Assembly (NCBI GenBank): GCA_002402995.1
Contig: DHGX01000004.1
Location: forward strand, 85,186 to 149,185
Reading direction: 5' to 3'
Length of the DNA: 64,000 nucleotides
Source: Patescibacteria group bacterium UBA4787
GTDB taxonomy: Bacteria > Patescibacteriota > Patescibacteriia > UBA2591 > UBA4787
Shown in pieces: positions 40,260 to 49,612 of this stretch. A program made the translations under genes and the position numbers. Each line of letters opens with the position of its first letter. The first letter of the stretch is position 1. The notes under the pieces are model-generated. The model did not search any database. It had not been told where the DNA came from and worked only from the letters and a program-made list of their open reading frames with translations.

Positions 40260-41237
40260 ATGAAAATAAGCAACAAATTGCCTAAAATCATCGTTGTGAT
40301 CGGCCCAACCGCTTCCGGTAAAACCGACTTAGCGCTATATCTGGCTAAAAAATTTAACGGTGAAATAATTTGCGCCGACAGTCGTACGGTTTATAAAAAT
40401 TTAGACATTGGAACGGCTAAACCGTATATCGGGAAAAAATATTATAAGAAAAACAATATTTATATAATAAACAATATACCGCATTATTTTATAAATATTG
40501 CCGAACCCAATCGCAGAATAACCGTAGCTCATTTTAAAAAGACAGCCCATAAGATCATTAATGATATTATTATTCGCAACAAAATGCCGATTATCGCCGG
40601 CGGCACGGGTTTATATGTTGACGCGCTTATTCAAGAGTATGAAATACCGCGGGTCGCTCCTGATCGAAAATTAAGATTAAAACTAGAAAAACAACTTAAG
40701 CGCTACGGCGAAAATTGGTTTTATCAGAAACTATTAAAACTTGATCCATGTGCCAAAAAATTTATTGATCCCAAAAATCATCGCCGCGTTATTCGCGCCC
40801 TAGAAGTAATTATTAAAACCGGAAAAAAATTCTCGGAATTAAGAAAAAAAAATAACAGCAAATATAAAAGTTTAATTTTGGGAATTAATTTACCGCGGGA
40901 AAAACTTTATAATCGCATAAACAAAAGAGTAGAACGAATGATAAAATTAGGATTGGTAAACGAAGCAAGAAAAATAGCTAAAAAATATTCTTGGTCTCGT
41001 TCAGCTATGAGCGGAATTGGTTATCACCAATTTAGAAAATATCTTAAAAGCGAAGAAACATTAGATCAAGCGATAAATAGCCTAAAAAGAGATACTCGCC
41101 ATTATGCTAAAAGACAAATAACCTGGTTTAAAAGAAATAAAGATATTGTTTGGCTTAATTTTAACGGCGAAAAAAAAGATTTCCTCCGCCCTTATAGAAA
41201 AGCGAAGGAAATCTGTAAAGATTTTTTAAATAATTAA
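40260..41237 (+). CDS. miaA: tRNA dimethylallyltransferase
   Basis: 325 aa with a P-loop (GPTASGKT) and an IPP transferase fold. Next to miaB. Confidence 0.9.
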   Translation: MKISNKLPKIIVVIGPTASGKTDLALYLAKKFNGEIICADSRTVYKNLDIGTAKPYIGKKYYKKNNIYIINNIPHYFINIAEPNRRITVAHFKKTAHKIINDIIIRNKMPIIAGGTGLYVDALIQEYEIPRVAPDRKLRLKLEKQLKRYGENWFYQKLLKLDPCAKKFIDPKNHRRVIRALEVIIKTGKKFSELRKKNNSKYKSLILGINLPREKLYNRINKRVERMIKLGLVNEARKIAKKYSWSRSAMSGIGYHQFRKYLKSEETLDQAINSLKRDTRHYAKRQITWFKRNKDIVWLNFNGEKKDFLRPYRKAKEICKDFLNN

Positions 41238-41752
41238 ATTTTTTGCTTCTCTGGGTTTCTTTTTCCAATATAATTCGTTAATTTATCTTTATTTTCGGCG
41301 ACCGATTTTTCTAATCTTTGTTGAGCATAATAAGCTAAACCTTTAACCATGGTATTAAAATCAGTGCCTTTTCTTCTGATGCCCACAGAGGTAGCCAATT
41401 GTGATTTTATCGCCTCTCGAATATTCATTTTATCTATGGCCTCGGGCACTGTTTTTTCATATTCTAAAAGAATCTTAATGGGTTTATATTTTTGATCTAA
41501 GTCGTCGGGTTTATATTCTTGAGTTGATTCAATTACTGTGTCCACAATCCGGCTAGCGATTTCTTGATCGGGCATATTCTCGTTGACCTCATAAATATCA
41601 GCCACTTCAATTTTACTTTCATTTTCATCAGTTTTTTCCGGTTCAACGACAACCTGTTCTTGAGCAGCCGCGGCCCCTGTCGCAGGTTTAACGTGTTCAC
41701 AATACGGCTGGCCGCAAATAGGACAATTACTTGCTTCAAATTTGTTATTCAT
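41234..41752 (-). CDS. hypothetical protein with N-terminal zinc-ribbon-like CPxCG
   Basis: 172 aa. N-terminal CPICGQPYC followed by an acidic region. Confidence 0.4.
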   Translation of the reverse strand: MNNKFEASNCPICGQPYCEHVKPATGAAAAQEQVVVEPEKTDENESKIEVADIYEVNENMPDQEIASRIVDTVIESTQEYKPDDLDQKYKPIKILLEYEKTVPEAIDKMNIREAIKSQLATSVGIRRKGTDFNTMVKGLAYYAQQRLEKSVAENKDKLTNYIGKRNPEKQKI

Positions 41753-41762
41753 AAAATTTATT

Positions 41763-42494
41763 TTATTTCTTAATTCTTTGCATTTGCCTAATCATCAAGG
41801 GTATAAGTTCTTCGGGTTTACCACCTCTTTGCTTAATAGATCTAAGGGTGATTTTAAAAAGATTAATAAGAGCTCTTCTGTCTTTTTTAGCATCTGGCGA
41901 CGAACCGCTATAATAACCAACGCCCGATAACCTTTCAGCTTCTTTTAATTTTTGATTAACCTCTGATTCTTCTTGTTGATCCAATATTTGTTCTCCCTCT
42001 AAATCTACTGGGTCGGGCCCAAGATCGAATCTTATTGGTTCTAGCACAAACTGGCGTTCTAATTTCCCTTCTTCCGCCAATTGTTCAATTATTTGAATAG
42101 CCTTCTTGGCCAGTTTTTTTAACTTCTCGTCCCAAGTTGGTATGCCTTTATCTCTTCTAATTTCATTTAAAATAGTCCTAACGCGAGGGAAAATTTCTTC
42201 TTTCTCTAAACGAGATCGGTTATTATTGCTGATCAATTTATTAACAGATTCGTTGTCTTTAAAAATATCTAAAACCCCAAAATAAATACCGGCGATTAAG
42301 ATGTCATCTTTAGCGGACATTAAGAGATTATCTTTAAAATTTAAGATTTTTTCGATATCGAGATCGATAGACGATTTGTCGTCATTTTTATCGCCAGACG
42401 GCTTATTTGATTCTTCTAATGAAACCACAAAACTCTTAAATTCGCGCGTAGCTGGTCCATCTTCGCCATTATTAATTGAGATCTTTTCTATCAT
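41763..42494 (-). CDS. hypothetical protein
   Basis: 243 aa with no recognised motif. It lies downstream of repeat B4. Confidence 0.4.
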   Translation of the reverse strand: MIEKISINNGEDGPATREFKSFVVSLEESNKPSGDKNDDKSSIDLDIEKILNFKDNLLMSAKDDILIAGIYFGVLDIFKDNESVNKLISNNNRSRLEKEEIFPRVRTILNEIRRDKGIPTWDEKLKKLAKKAIQIIEQLAEEGKLERQFVLEPIRFDLGPDPVDLEGEQILDQQEESEVNQKLKEAERLSGVGYYSGSSPDAKKDRRALINLFKITLRSIKQRGGKPEELIPLMIRQMQRIKK

Positions 42495-42526
42495 AGGCTT
42501 GATTTATATATTGAATTATACTCGCT

Positions 42527-42601
42527 TTGCTTGTGAAATTTGGACGTTCAGAGTCAAGTCAAAAGTAAAACTTTTGTTTGAACTTCTCGCTACCAACTAT
42601 A
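42527..42601 (+). repeat. family B repeat, copy B4 (short form)
   Basis: Its TATAAT box lies about 20 nt upstream of the start of the 41763-42494 gene. Confidence 0.8.
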
Positions 42602-42650
42602 CTGTATTTATATCATATTTTGATAGAAAAGTCAATATAATAAAATACCT

Positions 42651-44186
42651 TTATTGTTCTATATATTTTACGCTTATTTTAGCTTCAAAAATTTGCTTCA
42701 GTAGCTTGGGATCGGCTCTATCCTTGCTATCTTTCATCGCTTGACCAATTAAAAATTGCAAAACGTTGATTCTCCCGTTTTGATATGCTTTTACCATTTC
42801 AGCGTTTTTATCAATTACTTTTTGAACGATATTTTCTATTTCTGTAGTATTGTCAACTCTTTTAAAGTCTTCGGATTGTATTATTTTATCAACATCTGCT
42901 CCAGTTATAAACATTTCTTCCAAAAGCTTTTGAGCCATAGTGCCGGAAACCTTATTTTCATAAATTAAAATAATAAATTCGGCGAAATTTTCAGGAGTAA
43001 TTTTAAGATTTTCAAAATTTTCATGGTGCGTTTGAAAAAGATAAAACAATCGATTAATAATCCAAGACGACACCAGCTTTAATAGCTTTGATCGGTGTTT
43101 CGTCCAAATTTCTTGTTCGCTATCTTCTACGGTTTCTAAAGATATAAGCCATGCTTTGAGTTCAGAAACAACATGCTCCGTGAAATCGGCCATAATTTTT
43201 TGGCTGGTCAGAATCTTCGCCTCTTCTTTGGATAAATCATAAGAGCGCTCGAATCTTTCGCGACGAATACAGGGCAATTCAGGCAAAGAAGATCTTAAAT
43301 TATTAATATTGATGAAATTGTCCACCGTCGAATCAAAAAATGGAATATCCGGTTCCGGAAAATAACGATAATCCGTTATCCCCTCTTTAATCCTTTGAAC
43401 TATAATTTTCTCTTTGTTCTCGTCCCAACCGACCGTAATTTTTCCCTGACGCCTTACAATTTCTCCCCCGGCAATATATTCTTCGTATTGGCGATTAGCT
43501 TCAAAACCTAAAGCCCTTTCCACGGCCTTAAAGGAATTTAAATTTTTAATTTCTGTGATTGGTGTTTTAATCTCTCGCTCGTCTTTATCAAAACTAATAT
43601 TGACGTTGACGTCGCAACGCATTTGTCCTTTTTCCATATCGGCATCGGAAATATTCAAATATCGGGCAATCAACTGCAATTCTTGCAAAAATATCTTTGC
43701 CTCTTCGGGAGATTTTAGATCTGGCTCAGTAACAATTTCGACTAAAGGAATACCCGAACGATTAAAATCAATTAAAGTATTATCGCCCGAGTGCGATAAT
43801 TTAGCAGTATCTTCTTCAAGGTGAATCCTGTTTAATCTTATTTTTCTGCGCTCATTTGATAAATCAATGTCTAGATAACCGCCCGCAATAATCGGATGAT
43901 CATATTGACTGATTTGATAACCCTTCGGCAAATCTGGATAAAAATAATTTTTGCGGTCAAATTTAAATTTTTCGGCCACGCGACTATTTAAAGACAAGCC
44001 CAACGAAATCGCTTGTTCAAGAGCTAGACGATTTACTACTGGCAATGCCCCTGGCTGACCAGTACAAACCGGACAAATATTGCTATTAGGATGACTCAAA
44101 TCGAGTTTATTCTCACAAAAACAAAACATTTTTGTTTTTGTTTTAAGCTCTAAATGGATTTCTAGCCCTATAATAAATTTAAACAT
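42651..44186 (-). CDS. gatB: Asp-tRNA(Asn)/Glu-tRNA(Gln) amidotransferase subunit B
   Basis: 511 aa with the GatB N-terminus (IGLEIHLEL, CPVCTGQPGALP) and a C-terminal YqeY-like domain. Confidence 0.9.
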   Translation of the reverse strand: MFKFIIGLEIHLELKTKTKMFCFCENKLDLSHPNSNICPVCTGQPGALPVVNRLALEQAISLGLSLNSRVAEKFKFDRKNYFYPDLPKGYQISQYDHPIIAGGYLDIDLSNERRKIRLNRIHLEEDTAKLSHSGDNTLIDFNRSGIPLVEIVTEPDLKSPEEAKIFLQELQLIARYLNISDADMEKGQMRCDVNVNISFDKDEREIKTPITEIKNLNSFKAVERALGFEANRQYEEYIAGGEIVRRQGKITVGWDENKEKIIVQRIKEGITDYRYFPEPDIPFFDSTVDNFININNLRSSLPELPCIRRERFERSYDLSKEEAKILTSQKIMADFTEHVVSELKAWLISLETVEDSEQEIWTKHRSKLLKLVSSWIINRLFYLFQTHHENFENLKITPENFAEFIILIYENKVSGTMAQKLLEEMFITGADVDKIIQSEDFKRVDNTTEIENIVQKVIDKNAEMVKAYQNGRINVLQFLIGQAMKDSKDRADPKLLKQIFEAKISVKYIEQ

Positions 44187-44187
44187 A

Positions 44188-44378
44188 CCATGTAGTAGAG
44201 ATTCGATGCTTCTCGGGGTGCGATTTATATTAAGGAATGCGATAGAAGCAAAGAATAGTTATTTTATTAATAATAGAACCAGATAGTAGACCGAAGCGGA
44301 AAGCTTGAAACTTACTACTCCGACGCCTTGGTCGGAGTCCCGACCCTTCGACATCGGGATTGAATTTTCACTACCTGA
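44188..44378 (+). mobile_element. family A MITE, copy A2 (long form)
   Basis: TIRs with CATA at 44184-87 and 44379-82. The gatB start codon is the CAT of the left duplication. Confidence 0.85.
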
Positions 44379-44385
44379 CATATTT

Positions 44386-45765
44386 TTAACAAGAATGCTT
44401 ACTACTTAAAACTATGACGATGGTTTTAAGTAAAATTTTAAAATCCAACCAAATAGACCATTGGCGAACATAGAAAAGATCTAACTTAACCTCCTCTTCA
44501 AAGGATAAACTTGATCGACCTGAAACTTGAGATAATCCTGTCACACCAGGTTTAATGAATAATAATTCTTTTTGATTATAATCATATCGTGAGACTTCAT
44601 CGGGTTGATGTGGCCGAGGTCCGACCAAACTCATTTGTCCCTTTAAAACATTAAATAATTGCGGCAATTCATCGATACTATAACGTCTAATAAATTTGCC
44701 GATTTTTGTCACGCGTGGATCGTTCTTCATTTTGAATAAAGGACCATCTTTTCTCTCGTTTTGCGCCATTAGGTCTTTTTTAAGTTGTTCGGCGTTTTTT
44801 ACCATAGAACGAAATTTGTATAATCTGAAAGATTTTCCCCGTTGACCGACTCGCGTTAAACCGACAAAAATTGACCCAGATGAATCAATTTTAATAATAA
44901 GGCCTAATAAAATAAAAAATGGAGACAGAGCAATCAATCCGAAAAAAGAAAAAATAATATCTAAAATTCTTTTGACTACCCTTCCCCACCCATCTAAAGC
45001 CGTTCGTTTTACTTCGATATACGGCCTGCCCATCATAGTTTCTACGGCTAGATTACTGGAAAGCGCGCCGAAGAGATCGGCGGCATACTTAAAATTTATT
45101 TGGTGTTCCTTGCAAAAAGCAATAAGACGCAAAACATCCGATCGAGATATATTAGAATCGCCCTGAATAATCTCGTCGAAACTTGAAACGCGACTAGACC
45201 AATTATTAATCAGGTCATCTACGGAAGCGGCTTGGCCGATAATATTATATCCATGTCCGAGATTTTTACGACAAGAGTTGATTAATTCTTCCACCTCCTT
45301 TCCTTGTCCTAAAATCAAGACTGGCTCTAAGCCAATGCCTTGTTTAAAAGATATTAACTGGATTAGATGAATTAAAAATCGTCCGATACTCAAAAAAACA
45401 AAAGAAGCTATCCATCCCGCTAAAATAATAAACCGAGAAGTAAAATATTCTCTTTGAAAAAACAAAAATAGAACAATTAACATAGTGCCCATAGAACAGC
45501 CAATAAAAATTTGGCTAATTTCTTGCGTAAAATGCCGTCTGTTTTTTATGCTATATAAGCCCAATAAAACAAAAATTCCTATCCAAATTAAAGCAATTAA
45601 AACGATCTTAAAAACATAATCGTTATAAGGGATCTGTGTGAATATCGGTAAAACTTCTTTAAATAACTTAAAACGCAAAAAATAAATAGATATGCCAGCC
45701 AAAACAAGCATAATAAAATCTAATGGCAATAAAGCGGTTAAAAATATAAGTCGAGATTTGCGCAT
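44386..45765 (-). CDS. undecaprenyl-phosphate sugar phosphotransferase (bacterial sugar transferase, WbaP/PglC-like C-terminal domain)
   Basis: 459 aa with N-terminal transmembrane helices and the C-terminal motif KFRSM...DELPQLFNVLKGQMSLVGPRP. Confidence 0.85.
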   Translation of the reverse strand: MRKSRLIFLTALLPLDFIMLVLAGISIYFLRFKLFKEVLPIFTQIPYNDYVFKIVLIALIWIGIFVLLGLYSIKNRRHFTQEISQIFIGCSMGTMLIVLFLFFQREYFTSRFIILAGWIASFVFLSIGRFLIHLIQLISFKQGIGLEPVLILGQGKEVEELINSCRKNLGHGYNIIGQAASVDDLINNWSSRVSSFDEIIQGDSNISRSDVLRLIAFCKEHQINFKYAADLFGALSSNLAVETMMGRPYIEVKRTALDGWGRVVKRILDIIFSFFGLIALSPFFILLGLIIKIDSSGSIFVGLTRVGQRGKSFRLYKFRSMVKNAEQLKKDLMAQNERKDGPLFKMKNDPRVTKIGKFIRRYSIDELPQLFNVLKGQMSLVGPRPHQPDEVSRYDYNQKELLFIKPGVTGLSQVSGRSSLSFEEEVKLDLFYVRQWSIWLDFKILLKTIVIVLSSKHSC

Positions 45766-45787
45766 AAAAATAGAATATAAAACAAAT

Positions 45788-45932
45788 TATACTCGCTTTG
45801 CTCCTAAAGTTGGGGCGCCCCGCTTCGCCATAGCTCTCGCCACGCTAACGCGTTGGCGTAGCGGGTCAGCGAGGCGAGTCGGAGTCAAATCAAAAGTAAA
45901 ACTTTTGTTTGAGCTCCTCACTACCAATTATA
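45788..45932 (+). repeat. family B repeat, copy B5 (long form with GC-rich insert)
   Basis: Its TATAAT box lies about 22 nt upstream of the sugar transferase start. Confidence 0.8.
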
Positions 45933-45957
45933 CCCAATTCTGTATTTTAATTCAAAT

Positions 45958-45985
45958 AAAAAACGAGACTTAGTCTCGTTTTTAA
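45958..45985 (-). terminator. rho-independent terminator downstream of rnpB
   Basis: AAAAACGAGACTAAGTCTCGTTTTT forms a perfect hairpin followed by a U-run. Confidence 0.7.
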
Positions 45986-45992
45986 TGCTTAA

Positions 45993-46415
45993 ACAGGCCT
46001 ATAAGCCGAATTCTGTGCTCCCGATTTCTCGAGACGGCAATCATTTATCTAGCCTTAATATCGCTATTAAGGTCAAACGACCTACCTACTTCGTTCGCAC
46101 GAAGTTAATTTGGTCTTTCACCCAGTAAGGATTTAGCCGTTTCACCTCAAACGTTTCCATTTGAGCTACCCCCGAAGGGGCCGAAGCGTCTTTCGTTGCT
46201 TCGCGTCTCTGTTCGCACCTCTACCCCTCACTTGGGCCGTGAAAAAAAGAATATAATCATATAACATAATTATTTCCTATTTCATAGACCAAGTGAGGGG
46301 CGACGGCCGTTAACCGCTACGCTTTGTATTCCGATTTCTCGGAATATGGTGTTCGGACTTTCCTCCCCTTATTTAAAAAATAAGGAGTAATTGCCCGGCC
46401 CATTTAAACTATATA
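45993..46415 (-). ncRNA. rnpB: RNase P RNA (bacterial type A)
   Basis: The minus strand carries GGGGAGGAAAGTCCGAACACC (the P4 5' strand GGAGGAAAGUCCGG consensus) and, near the 3' end, ACAGAATTCGGCTTA (the P4 3' strand ACAGAAnnCGGCUUA). A P3 hairpin and GC-rich helices lie between them. Confidence 0.8.
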
Positions 46416-46426
46416 AATGATAGTTC

Positions 46427-46455
46427 AAAATCAATCTTTTGTCAATGTGTTCGAA
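46427..46455 (-). promoter_or_regulatory. putative rnpB promoter
   Basis: TTGACA -17 nt- TATCAT on the minus strand, ending about 8 nt upstream of the RNase P RNA 5' region. Confidence 0.45.
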
Positions 46456-46457
46456 TT

Positions 46458-47558
46458 TTATAAATTATCTTGCGCGATCGCTTCTCTAATTTCTTTTATC
46501 AAATTCAAATAAATTTCTAGATTATTTAAAGTGGCCAACCGTTGCGCTAACGGTTCGCCAGTTTTAAATAAATGATGCAGATAAGCCAAAGTATATTTTT
46601 TTAATTCCGGCAAATTAGAGTCGGGGTTAATTGGGGAAAAATTCGCAGAGAATTCATTGTTGGCAATCTGGATAGCGCGATAAAAATTTTTATCTTGTAG
46701 GTTGATATTTTTATTTCTTAAAAATAATCTTCCGTGGCGACCTTCGCGCGTGGGGATAACACAATCAAACATATCAATTCCTCGTTTTACCGCCTCAACA
46801 ATTTGTTCCGGTCTGCCGGCGCCCATCAAATACCTCGGTTTATCCAACGGCAGAACGGGGTTTAATAATTCAATAATTTGATATGTATTGTCAATCGGCT
46901 CGCCAATCGTAAGCCCTCCCAGAGCATAACCATCGAATCCGATTTTTATCAAAGATTCTGCGCTTTCTTTTCTTAAGTCATCATAAATTCCGCCCTGCAC
47001 GATACCAAAAAGCAATTGACCATTATCCTTTTTTTCGTCTTTCATTTTTTTGGCCCAAATAGCATTTCTCTTGATTGATTCTTCAAGATATTTATGTTCC
47101 GAGGGATAAGGCGCGCATTCGTCCAAAACCATCATAATATCAGAACCCAAATCCGCTTGTATTTCCATAACCTTTTTAGGTGTTAAATAATATTCTTGAC
47201 CGTCTATTTCTGATTTAAACTTAACTCCATCGACCAAAATTTTCCTCTGTTTAGCCAAAGAAAAAACTTGATAACCGCCGCTGTCCGTTAAAATTGGGCC
47301 AGACCAATCCATAAATTGATGCAGAGAACCAGCTTGGCGAATTAATTCATTTCCGGGGCGCATCATTAGATGATAAGTGTTAGAAAGTATAATTTCGGCG
47401 CCCAAATTTTTGACTTCATCGGTTGTCAAACTTTTTATCGCCGCGCGGGTGGCAATCGGCATAAAAACGGGCGTTTTAAAAACGCCGTGATTGGTTATTA
47501 CTTCACCCAAACGAGCCGCCGAAATTATAGATTTTTTCAACAAATTAAAACTATGCAT
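46458..47558 (-). CDS. tgt: queuine tRNA-ribosyltransferase
   Basis: 366 aa TIM-barrel Tgt with LTDSGGYQVFSL and a C-terminal zinc site. Confidence 0.9.
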   Translation of the reverse strand: MHSFNLLKKSIISAARLGEVITNHGVFKTPVFMPIATRAAIKSLTTDEVKNLGAEIILSNTYHLMMRPGNELIRQAGSLHQFMDWSGPILTDSGGYQVFSLAKQRKILVDGVKFKSEIDGQEYYLTPKKVMEIQADLGSDIMMVLDECAPYPSEHKYLEESIKRNAIWAKKMKDEKKDNGQLLFGIVQGGIYDDLRKESAESLIKIGFDGYALGGLTIGEPIDNTYQIIELLNPVLPLDKPRYLMGAGRPEQIVEAVKRGIDMFDCVIPTREGRHGRLFLRNKNINLQDKNFYRAIQIANNEFSANFSPINPDSNLPELKKYTLAYLHHLFKTGEPLAQRLATLNNLEIYLNLIKEIREAIAQDNL

Positions 47559-48318
47559 AAATTTTAATAAATTGCCTTAAAACCTTGCCCGAAGATAATT
47601 CCTCGTCGATATGCCATTGCGCCAATTTATCAATAAATTCCGTTGCTTCTTTAAGGTTTTTAAGAGATATTTTTTTCTTGTTCATCCAAAAATCAAAGTT
47701 TTTATATAAAAACAACAAAATCAACTCGTAAGTTTTAAATTCTAGTCTTGAACCTTTAATTTTTTTATTTTGATGACAATCTAAACAAACAACACCGCCA
47801 CTTTTTATATTAAAAAATAAGGTTCGTTCTTTAATCTTTTTGTTGCAATTAACACAATGAATTAATTCGGGGGCGTAACCTAGAAACGAAATAAATTTAA
47901 CAATGAAAGCATACAGCACAATAAAAGCTTGTCCGGGTTTATACTCTTCAATTGATTCCATCGTTTTTAAAATTAGAGAAAAAATTATTTTTTCTGGTTT
48001 GTTAAGCTTAGTAAACTTATCTACCAGCTCAAACACATAAGACACTAAAAATAATTTTAGATAATTGCAATTTATTTTTTCAAATTTTTTGTCAATCTCT
48101 CCTCCAATCAAATGGTAAATATTTTTCCCTTTGGCAATAAAAAGAGTAGACTGGACAAATGGTTGGCAAAAACCAATTAATTTGCTTTGTATTCTTTTAG
48201 CGCCTTTAATTTTAACTTCTACTTTGCCCATTTTTTCTGTGTAAAAGCAAACGATGCTATCAAATTCTTTATAGGGCAAGATCTTTAAAAATATAGCTTT
48301 AGTTTTAATGAGATTCAT
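47551..48318 (-). CDS. recO: DNA repair protein RecO
   Basis: 255 aa with an N-terminal OB fold and a C-terminal C4 zinc motif (CVNC...CLDCH). Confidence 0.8.
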   Translation of the reverse strand: MNLIKTKAIFLKILPYKEFDSIVCFYTEKMGKVEVKIKGAKRIQSKLIGFCQPFVQSTLFIAKGKNIYHLIGGEIDKKFEKINCNYLKLFLVSYVFELVDKFTKLNKPEKIIFSLILKTMESIEEYKPGQAFIVLYAFIVKFISFLGYAPELIHCVNCNKKIKERTLFFNIKSGGVVCLDCHQNKKIKGSRLEFKTYELILLFLYKNFDFWMNKKKISLKNLKEATEFIDKLAQWHIDEELSSGKVLRQFIKIYA

Positions 48319-48350
48319 ATTGTCTAATAGAAAAAGTTAAATCCTGTAAG

Positions 48351-49607
48351 CTATAATTTTCCGTCTTGCTCGTCGCTCGACAAAATAAAATCATTAATTT
48401 TGTTAATAAATTCTCTGATCTTATTTTCCCAAGAAAAATTTTCAACCGCTTTAATCCTCGCTTCGTGTAATTCTGGTGTATCTTGGCTAATAGCTTTACT
48501 TATTTTGTCGTTGAAATCTCGATAATCGGTGGCAATATAAATTAGATGAGAAAATTGATTGACCCCGGAGGCAGCGGTGGTTACTGTCGGAATTCCACAT
48601 GTCAAATATTCAAGCATTTTCAATGAATAAGTATATTTAATAAATTCATCCAAACGATGAGGAATAATGCCAACGGCAAATTGTCGAATATAAAAAAGAG
48701 AAACCCGATAAGATTTTCGACCCAAAAAGTAAACATTTTTCATTTTTCGCAATTTTCTTAATTCAACATCCGGTCGTCTGATATGATGCAAAAATTGCGG
48801 CCAAACCGGACCGACTAAAACCAGTGATTTATCGGGATTATTTTCCGCTACATATTCTAACAACTTAACATCTACGCGATTTTGAATAGTTCCTACATAA
48901 CCAATGATTGGTTTTTTGATGCCTTTGGTATCCCTTAGAGCATTTTTATTTAAATCATCAATGGGTTGCAAAAAATGATTAATATCTACGCCGTTAGCCA
49001 GCCAATAACATTTTTTTTCTCGACCCAAATCAGCAAAAAAAGACACCAATGATTCGGCGACCGTAAAAATCATATCGTAATTCTGAGCAATAAATTTATA
49101 ATTTTCGTTTAATTCATTTTTATAATTTTTATATGAAGGGTGCTCTGTCCAGTTATCCACTGTTTCGAATATTTTTATTGTTTCGTTTGACAATGGACTT
49201 AGGTCGACAAAAAGTGGATGATACGAAACAATGATCCTCTGGACGTTTTTTGAAGACCCGTTTAATCGATTGATGATGCGATCAATCTTCTTAATAAAAG
49301 TTTTTGGATGAATATACGAATCTACGGTCGAGATGATAAATAAATTTTTATCTTTTTCCGGCTTAAAACAGGTCGTAGTTAAATCTTGATAAATATTCTT
49401 TTTAAAATAACGCGGGAAAATATCTTTTAAATAAACTTTTACCGCCGAAAATAGATTAAAGGGCAAAAAATCTACGCCAATTACTTTCTTAACCTGCGGA
49501 TAATTTTGGATTCCGAAAAAAATATGATAATTACGATTAACGACTCCTGCCTGCCAATCGCGATAAGCAGACATATTAAAAAATATAAATTCTAAATCTT
49601 TTTTCAT
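48351..49607 (-). CDS. glycosyltransferase family 4-like (GT-B fold)
   Basis: 418 aa with the C-terminal E...E motif region typical of GT4/GT1 (GIIPHRLDEFIKYTYSLKMLEYLTCGIP). Confidence 0.55.
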   Translation of the reverse strand: MKKDLEFIFFNMSAYRDWQAGVVNRNYHIFFGIQNYPQVKKVIGVDFLPFNLFSAVKVYLKDIFPRYFKKNIYQDLTTTCFKPEKDKNLFIISTVDSYIHPKTFIKKIDRIINRLNGSSKNVQRIIVSYHPLFVDLSPLSNETIKIFETVDNWTEHPSYKNYKNELNENYKFIAQNYDMIFTVAESLVSFFADLGREKKCYWLANGVDINHFLQPIDDLNKNALRDTKGIKKPIIGYVGTIQNRVDVKLLEYVAENNPDKSLVLVGPVWPQFLHHIRRPDVELRKLRKMKNVYFLGRKSYRVSLFYIRQFAVGIIPHRLDEFIKYTYSLKMLEYLTCGIPTVTTAASGVNQFSHLIYIATDYRDFNDKISKAISQDTPELHEARIKAVENFSWENKIREFINKINDFILSSDEQDGKL

Positions 49608-49612
49608 AAGCT

